A stretch of 64,000 nucleotides of DNA, from positions 11,863 to 75,862 of the forward strand of contig CAZHNS010000002.1 in the NCBI GenBank assembly GCA_964534175.1, read 5' to 3'. The first letter of the stretch is position 1, and each line of letters opens with the position of its first letter. The position numbers and the translations under genes were made by a program. The notes below the pieces were generated by a model. The model searched no databases and had not been told where the DNA came from. It was given only the letters and a program-made list of their open reading frames with translations. This DNA is from an uncultured bacterium. GTDB lineage: Bacteria > Hydrothermota > UBA3072. Shown here one piece after another: positions 58,290 through 64,000 of the stretch.

Positions 58290-59569
58290 TTTCCTTTACT
58301 TAAAAAATCACCGTTTTTAAAAACTGCTTTTCCGTCAACTATACAGTATCTAACGGTTCCTTCTAATTCCCGGTTCAGGAAGGGAGAATTTTTCGCTTTT
58401 GAAGCAAAAACATCCGAGGTAACCTTCCAACTACTTTTAAGATCTACAATTGTAAAATCTGCTATTCCACCTTCTTTTATCTCTCCAAGAGGCAAATTAA
58501 ATATCTTGGCAGGCGCCGATGACAGAACTTTAATCAGTACATCCAGAGCGATCTTTCCTTTTTTAACAAGTTCAGTATACAAAACCGCGAAAGAAGTTTC
58601 CAAACCCGTCACACCAAAAGCTGCTTCTGTAAACTCAAGCTCTTTTTTATAATCCGGATGCGGAGCATGGTCGGTTGCCACAACTTCTATTAAACCCTCT
58701 TTTATTGCTTTTTGCATAGCTTTAACATCGTACTTGGTCCTCAATGGGGGTTTCATCTTTTTATTTGGATCAAAACTCTTTATCTCGTCATCGCTTAGAA
58801 GCAAATGATGAGGAGTAACCTCAGAAGTTACCTTATCGGTTTTCCAATTTTTAATCAGTTTAACCGAATCCGCTGTTGACACATGCGCGAGGTGGATTCT
58901 TCCCCGCGTAAATTTTGACAACAAAAGATCTCTTGCTACAATTGTTGATTCGGATATATCAGGTATACCTTTAAAGCCTAACTCGGTAGAAACAGAACCC
59001 TCGTGCATCTGTCCCCTACCAGAGAGAAAAATATCCTCAGGATGGTCAATTATCGGAACCTTGAATAACTTTGAATATTCCAAAGCGTTACGCATTACAG
59101 ATGAATTCATCACACAACTTCCGTCATCGCTAAAAGCAACGCAACCAGCCTCATAGAGATGCGACATCTCTGAAAGCTCTTTTCCTTCTCTGCCTTTTGT
59201 AACAGTACCTATAGGAAAAACCCTGCAAAGACCAACTTCTTCACTTTTTTCTTTAATAAAACGAACCAGCCCTTCATTGTCAATCGGTGGCTCCGTGTTA
59301 GGCATTACACATACACTCGTATATCCACCTTTAACTGCAGCTCTTGATCCGGTTTCTATAGTTTCCGCATCCTCAGCGCCAGGCTCTCGAAAATGAGAAT
59401 GGACATCGACGAAACCAGGAAAAAGGTGTAACCCCTTTCCTTCTATTTCTTGCCTGGCAGAAGATTTTGAACCCTTCACGACCTTCCCCTTATCAATCAA
59501 GAGAGTCCCAACTTCATCAATCCCATTCAAAGGATCAAAAAGATGAATGTTTTTAATTTTTAGATCCAT
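58286..59569 (-). CDS. pyrC: dihydroorotase
   Basis: VDVHSHFREPG, DHAPH motifs. Confidence 0.85.
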   Translation of the reverse strand: MDLKIKNIHLFDPLNGIDEVGTLLIDKGKVVKGSKSSARQEIEGKGLHLFPGFVDVHSHFREPGAEDAETIETGSRAAVKGGYTSVCVMPNTEPPIDNEGLVRFIKEKSEEVGLCRVFPIGTVTKGREGKELSEMSHLYEAGCVAFSDDGSCVMNSSVMRNALEYSKLFKVPIIDHPEDIFLSGRGQMHEGSVSTELGFKGIPDISESTIVARDLLLSKFTRGRIHLAHVSTADSVKLIKNWKTDKVTSEVTPHHLLLSDDEIKSFDPNKKMKPPLRTKYDVKAMQKAIKEGLIEVVATDHAPHPDYKKELEFTEAAFGVTGLETSFAVLYTELVKKGKIALDVLIKVLSSAPAKIFNLPLGEIKEGGIADFTIVDLKSSWKVTSDVFASKAKNSPFLNRELEGTVRYCIVDGKAVFKNGDFLSKGK

Positions 59570-60494
59570 TTAATTTCCTTTGGGATAAAAGATAAAGAAC
59601 ACTCATTCTAACAGCAACTCCAGAAGTCACCTGATTCAATATTAGGGAATACTCTGAATCTGCGATTTTCGACTCAATTTCTATTCCTCTGTTAACCGGT
59701 CCGGGATGCATTATGACCACATCCTTTGATGCAAACTTTCTAAGCTTTTCATATGTAAGAGAATAGTTCTTTATGTACTCCCTTAGAGAAGGAAGAAAGC
59801 TCTCTTCCTGTCTCTCTTTCTGAATTCTCAAGATATAGAGAATATCTTTTCCCGGAAGTGTTTTCTCTAGACTATACTCAAATTCTACGTTAAACGGTTC
59901 GAGCCAGAGAGGTAAAAGCGTTGGAGGCGCACATACTGTAATCTTAGCTCCCATTTTATTAAGCCCCAAAATCAGGGAACGACTAACCCTGGAATGTTTA
60001 ATGTCTCCTATGATAGCGATATTCAAACTCTTAAAGGTAGGGAAATTTTTCTTTATAGTCATAATATCTAATAACGCCTGAGTGGGATGCTCGTGACAAC
60101 CGTCTCCCGCGTTTATCACTGATGCTTTAAGCCTTTCAGACAGAAAATGAGGACTACCCGGAGCAGAATGTCTAACCACCATTACATCCACCTCCATCGC
60201 CTGTATATTTTTTGCCGTATCAAGCAATGTCTCTCCTTTCAAAACGGAAGACGATGCAGCTGAAAAGTTTATGGAATCAGCTGAAAGTCTTTTTTCGGCA
60301 AGCACAAAGGAATTTAAGGTTCTTGTACTGGGCTCGAAGAATAGGTTAGCCACTGTAATCCCGCGAAGTGTAGGAGCTTTCTTTATAGGTCGTGTTAAAA
60401 TTTCTTCCATATGTTCAGCGGTAGTCAAAATTTCCTCAATTTCCTTATTGGATAAGTCTTGAATTCCCAATAAATCTTTTCTATCTAATCCCAT
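59553..60494 (-). CDS. pyrB: aspartate carbamoyltransferase catalytic subunit
   Basis: STRTLNSF, HPTQALLD, HPGP motifs. Confidence 0.9.
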   Translation of the reverse strand: MGLDRKDLLGIQDLSNKEIEEILTTAEHMEEILTRPIKKAPTLRGITVANLFFEPSTRTLNSFVLAEKRLSADSINFSAASSSVLKGETLLDTAKNIQAMEVDVMVVRHSAPGSPHFLSERLKASVINAGDGCHEHPTQALLDIMTIKKNFPTFKSLNIAIIGDIKHSRVSRSLILGLNKMGAKITVCAPPTLLPLWLEPFNVEFEYSLEKTLPGKDILYILRIQKERQEESFLPSLREYIKNYSLTYEKLRKFASKDVVIMHPGPVNRGIEIESKIADSEYSLILNQVTSGVAVRMSVLYLLSQRKLNGSKN

Positions 60495-61044
60495 TGGATA
60501 TCTCTACCACTTTAACTTTATCTTCTTTATCGGTTTCTTCAAGAAGAACCTGAATTTCTTCTCTCTCTTTTAACTCTACAGAAATACCCGTGTAATCGGG
60601 AAGAATGGGAAGTTCCCTTCCTCCTCTATTAACCATAACGGCAAGCTTTATTTTTAAGGGACGTCCGTAATCCATTATCTCATCAAGCGCAGACCTTATT
60701 GTTCTTCCAGTATAAATTACATCATCGACCAAAAGAACCTCTTTACCGTCTATAGAGCAGGGAAAATAAGTTGAACCAATAATAGGTTTAGGGCCATATA
60801 TTGTTAAATCGTCTCTATATAATGTTATATCTAAAACACCTACTTTAATTTGCCATGCGGTAGTTCTTTTCAAAATATTAGCTATCCTCTTGGCTAGAAT
60901 ATCCCCTCTTTTTCTAATACCCATTATACATAAAGCTTTGATATCTGGATTGTCTTTTACAATTTCAGAGGAGAGTCTCTCAATGGCTCTTCCCATCTCT
61001 TTTTTATCCATTAATATTCTTTTTTCTTTAAATTCAATATTCAT
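60481..61044 (-). CDS. pyrR: bifunctional pyr operon regulator/uracil phosphoribosyltransferase PyrR
   Basis: PRPP-binding VLLVDDVIYTGRT; size; heads pyrR-pyrB-pyrC operon. Confidence 0.85.
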   Translation of the reverse strand: MNIEFKEKRILMDKKEMGRAIERLSSEIVKDNPDIKALCIMGIRKRGDILAKRIANILKRTTAWQIKVGVLDITLYRDDLTIYGPKPIIGSTYFPCSIDGKEVLLVDDVIYTGRTIRSALDEIMDYGRPLKIKLAVMVNRGGRELPILPDYTGISVELKEREEIQVLLEETDKEDKVKVVEISNGIR

Positions 61045-61300
61045 TTGTCGGTAAAAAATGTATAGACACTAAAATTATGTCTTTAAGATTTTGAAAAATA
61101 GTCATTATTGGAGATATCAAGAATCTAATTTTCCTTTATGTTCTAATTTGCAAATTAGCAAACGTCTTATTAAAAACAGAGGTCTACGTCTTGGGCACGA
61201 AATACATGCCATTTTTCCATTCATAAAGCCTCCTTTTTTTATTAATTTATTAAAAACAATTGAATAGTCAAGGTTTTATTTAGCATCGGTACCACATAAT
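61045..61300 (-). promoter_or_regulatory. long pyrR 5' leader containing a 35-codon upstream ORF (61117-61224) with AGGAGG SD and AT-rich palindromes; candidate attenuator
   Basis: minus-strand reading AAAAAAAGGAGGCUUU-AUG...UGA; palindrome ctaatttgcaaattag; pyrR itself lacks SD. Confidence 0.35.
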
Positions 61301-61319
61301 CACTATACTAGAAATCCCC

Positions 61320-61347
61320 TTGACATTTTTTGCGACATCTTTACAAT
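61320..61347 (+). promoter_or_regulatory. sigma70-type promoter ccccTTGACA-N16-TACAAT, 6 nt before ATG (leaderless candidate)
   Basis: TTGACA 61320-61325, TACAAT 61342-61347, ATG 61354. Confidence 0.5.
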
Positions 61348-61353
61348 TAGATT

Positions 61354-61983
61354 ATGGAATACTTCGAAATACTGGGTGTTTCTACAGAAGTAACAGATGA
61401 TGAAATAAAAAAAGCTTATTATAAACTTGCCGCCAAATACCATCCCGACCATCTTTCTCCCGAACAGGCAGAACAATTTCTCCCTTATTTTCTGAAAATC
61501 ACAAGAGCATATATTACACTAAAAGACTCTGATACAAGAAATAAGTATGTTAGAGAATGTAAGCTGGGGATTTTTGAAGAGGAGCAGGAAAAAGACAGAA
61601 AGAACAGCAGGAAAAAATTGTTTGAACAGGGAATGAGGTTTTTACTGGCTGATCCTGTACGTGCATCTAAATATTTCAGAAAAGCTTTCAATCTCGACAG
61701 AGAAAACGAAACTTTCAAAAGCTACTATGGCTTATCTTTGATACTCTCAGGCAGGGATAACAAGGGACTGGACCTGTGCTTGGAAGCGGCTGTAAATGAA
61801 GACAATGTAGAACACAATTTTAATCTTGCGAAATGTTATGCAAAGCTTGGACAATACAATAATGCACTGAATTATACAAAAAAAGTTTTAAAACTGGATA
61901 GAAATAACATGAAAGCAAGAACATTTTTAGAGGAATTAAAGAATCATACTGGAATAAGGAAATTCTTTGGCAGATCAAATTAG
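61354..61983 (+). CDS. J-domain (DnaJ-like) protein with C-terminal TPR repeats
   Basis: YFEILGV...YYKLAAKYHPDH J-domain with HPD; TPR-like helices after residue ~90. Confidence 0.7.
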   Translation: MEYFEILGVSTEVTDDEIKKAYYKLAAKYHPDHLSPEQAEQFLPYFLKITRAYITLKDSDTRNKYVRECKLGIFEEEQEKDRKNSRKKLFEQGMRFLLADPVRASKYFRKAFNLDRENETFKSYYGLSLILSGRDNKGLDLCLEAAVNEDNVEHNFNLAKCYAKLGQYNNALNYTKKVLKLDRNNMKARTFLEELKNHTGIRKFFGRSN

Positions 61984-62074
61984 TCATCATCGACCCATTT
62001 AATATTTAAATCCATTTATTAAGATAGAATTTTCATATTCTTTCCTCAACAATTAAAAGGAAAAATTTGTAAAA

Positions 62075-63394
62075 TTGGAGATAACTAAAACCTTAAGAAA
62101 AAGGCCTGCATTTAAAGTTTTTATTGTTTTATTGGCTGGTTTTTATTTTGGTTCTTTTGTGGATATAAGGATTCTTTTAATCGGATTATTGCTTTCCATT
62201 GCTGGTTTTCTTATCAAAAGATTAGATATTACGCTTCTCATTGTTCTTTTCTTTTCTGCCGGAATCCATCAACACTCTCGATTGCCCCTAAAAGGTACAA
62301 CTATAAATTTCAGGGGATTTTATCTTAACAATCGAATAATAGATCCTCTTTTTGGGGAATTACACGCAAAACTTCCTTCCAATTGCGGAGATTTTGTTAA
62401 GGGAAGAGGAAAGTTTTCGGAAAGAAGTGGTTTTCTCAGATTAACAAACGTAAAATCAATTAAAACTTCACCCACTATTTTAAATGAATTGTTTTCTCTT
62501 AGAAAAATTTTAGATGAAAGAATACAAAAACAATGTCCGGGAGACATCGGAAAAATTTGTTCGGCAATCACTCTGGGAATAAGAGAATCCCTCCCCTCAT
62601 ATATGTATAAAAGATTTCAATCCTGCGGCGCAGCTCATTTACTGGCAGTCAGCGGGCTCCATACAGGTATTGTCTCTATTATTATTTTCCTCTTCCTTAG
62701 AACCTTGCAAATAAAAAGGAATTTGGCTCTTTTAATCTCGGGGATTTTTGTTTTAGTTTATGCGATTTTCACAGGTCTGCGATTACCTGTCTTGCGTTCT
62801 TCTATAATGCTTCTGTTTTTCGTAATAGGCGAAACGAAAGAAAAAAATATAGATCCATTAAACACCCTTTGCGCAGCTGGTATCTTCATCATTCTTGTTA
62901 TGCCCCGAAGTATATTCGGAATCAGTTTTCAACTTTCATTTATAGCAGTTTTCTCGATTTTAATTATGTTTAATATTCTAAAAGGGCACCTGGACAAAAT
63001 ACCAAATAAATGGTTCAAACAATGGATCATAATTCCTTTTTTCCTCACACTAAGTGCTCAACTCGGCACACTGCCTTTAGTAGCCTATTATTTCGGATAT
63101 ATACCTTTAACTGGTCTGATTGCAAATTTAATACTTATTCCTCTTACCGGAACTCTGATCTCCAGCTGTTTTCTTTTCTACCTACTTCCTTTTTTAAGCA
63201 AAATAACAGGTAATTTTATCTGGATAACAGGATTAACTATGAATAAAATAATGATTATGACAGAAAAAATTCCATACATAATCCTAAAAACACCTGCGGG
63301 AAACCCACTTGTTTTAACTATATATGGAATTTATTTAATTCCTCTTATTTTCTGGATAAAGATGAAAACAAAAGAAAATAGCAATCAGTTATAA
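62075..63394 (+). CDS. comEC: ComEC/Rec2-family DNA internalisation channel protein lacking C-terminal metallo-beta-lactamase domain
   Basis: Competence domain motif CGAAHLLAVSGLHTGIV; about 10 TM helices; 439 aa only. Confidence 0.65.
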   Translation: MEITKTLRKRPAFKVFIVLLAGFYFGSFVDIRILLIGLLLSIAGFLIKRLDITLLIVLFFSAGIHQHSRLPLKGTTINFRGFYLNNRIIDPLFGELHAKLPSNCGDFVKGRGKFSERSGFLRLTNVKSIKTSPTILNELFSLRKILDERIQKQCPGDIGKICSAITLGIRESLPSYMYKRFQSCGAAHLLAVSGLHTGIVSIIIFLFLRTLQIKRNLALLISGIFVLVYAIFTGLRLPVLRSSIMLLFFVIGETKEKNIDPLNTLCAAGIFIILVMPRSIFGISFQLSFIAVFSILIMFNILKGHLDKIPNKWFKQWIIIPFFLTLSAQLGTLPLVAYYFGYIPLTGLIANLILIPLTGTLISSCFLFYLLPFLSKITGNFIWITGLTMNKIMIMTEKIPYIILKTPAGNPLVLTIYGIYLIPLIFWIKMKTKENSNQL

Positions 63395-63407
63395 TTTAGA
63401 CTTTTTA

Positions 63408-63992
63408 TCAGTTCGTGAGCATAAAATCTTTAATTAATCTCTTTACTTCGCTGTTTGACGTAAGAGCATCTTCTCCTGTTGCTCCTTCATCAATTACGGA
63501 AAACAAAAAATAACTTTTTGCTTTATGCGGGAGAGAATATGAATGACTCGCGTGAACCGCAATATTCGGAACTCCTTCGATATAAGTATCTTTAAAATAT
63601 ATATCACCATCATCCGGGCCTAACGAAAGACTGAGTCCGAAGAAAAATCTCACATGAAAATGGTTTCGTGTCCCATAAATATTAATACTTTCAACGCCAA
63701 GATCGTCATCACCGATCAAATCACAAAATGTTCCCCTTTCGTCACTTACAGAACAGAATTCAATGGCTCTCCCTATTTTTAACTTCGATGGAGGGATATT
63801 CATTTCTAAATCTTCTCCGAGTCTTTGCCACTTTACGTCACCGTCAAGAGCTTCGACTCCGAAAAGCTGGTTGTGAAAACCATTGTTGGGGGAAGCTATA
63901 TAGCAAATCTTCCCTGTCACATCCTTGAAACTCACTTCTGTGCCGGGGATATTCAAAAATTTTATCGCGTACCTAAGCACAACACCACCCAT
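63408..63992 (-). CDS. hypothetical protein, probably N-terminally truncated by window end
   Basis: ORF open to window edge; no confident family (weak metallophosphoesterase-like His motifs). Confidence 0.35.
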   Translation of the reverse strand: MGGVVLRYAIKFLNIPGTEVSFKDVTGKICYIASPNNGFHNQLFGVEALDGDVKWQRLGEDLEMNIPPSKLKIGRAIEFCSVSDERGTFCDLIGDDDLGVESINIYGTRNHFHVRFFFGLSLSLGPDDGDIYFKDTYIEGVPNIAVHASHSYSLPHKAKSYFLFSVIDEGATGEDALTSNSEVKRLIKDFMLTN

Positions 63993-64000
63993 ACAATGCG

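Noticed and set aside
61140-61200. Canonical Bacillus-type PyrR binding loop (UCCAGAGAGGCU)
   Set aside because: Only partial matches (AGGAGGCU overlapping the uORF SD; ACAGAGGUCU on the wrong strand). Not sufficient to call a PyrR box.

Overview
This 64 kb window reads as a chromosomal segment of a low-GC, AT-rich, LPS-producing (diderm) bacterium. Evidence for the cell type: lpxB with an MsbA-like exporter, beta-barrel OMPs, and a Kelch protein with a type IX secretion C-terminal sorting domain, which points to an FCB-group or candidate-phylum organism. Coding density is high and mostly housekeeping: der-plsY, lpxB, murI, amiC-like amidase, smpB, metF, nadA, mnmA, pyrR-pyrB-pyrC, J-domain protein, comEC. 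Six things stand out. (1) The left ~7.2 kb is an integrase plus tRNA-Leu(CAA) genomic-island arrangement. Its cargo is hypothetical proteins, including a WG-repeat protein and a TPR protein, driven by two near-identical duplicated promoters. (2) A 4 kb segment (16.4-20.5 kb) has unusually long intergenic spacers built from short degenerate tandem oligonucleotide repeats, each spacer using a different 6-10 nt motif. It also holds a recurring ~85 bp imperfect palindromic element made of GTTGG/CCAAC pentamers, present in three copies. (3) Many promoters are near-consensus, mostly cccTTGACA-N16-18-TATAAT, and two sit so close to the start codon that they imply leaderless mRNAs. (4) At 25.5-30.7 kb there is a membrane-organisation-like cluster of DUF4388, DUF4870-like, an SPFH/Band-7 protein with a double zinc ribbon, and three tandem paralogous Zn-ribbon membrane proteins. 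It resembles the Bacillus ydjGHI SPFH module. (5) At 52.7-58.3 kb a second-messenger cluster encodes a large protein with a class-III nucleotidyl-cyclase-like domain, a GAF-GAF-GGDEF protein and a P-loop uridine-kinase-family protein with a long N-terminal extension. (6) The pyrR leader is ~310 nt and contains a strongly Shine-Dalgarno-equipped 35-codon upstream ORF. No CRISPR array, rRNA or obvious prophage structural genes are present. I found no canonical defence system; the island cargo and the SPFH/Zn-ribbon cluster are the best candidates for undescribed functions.
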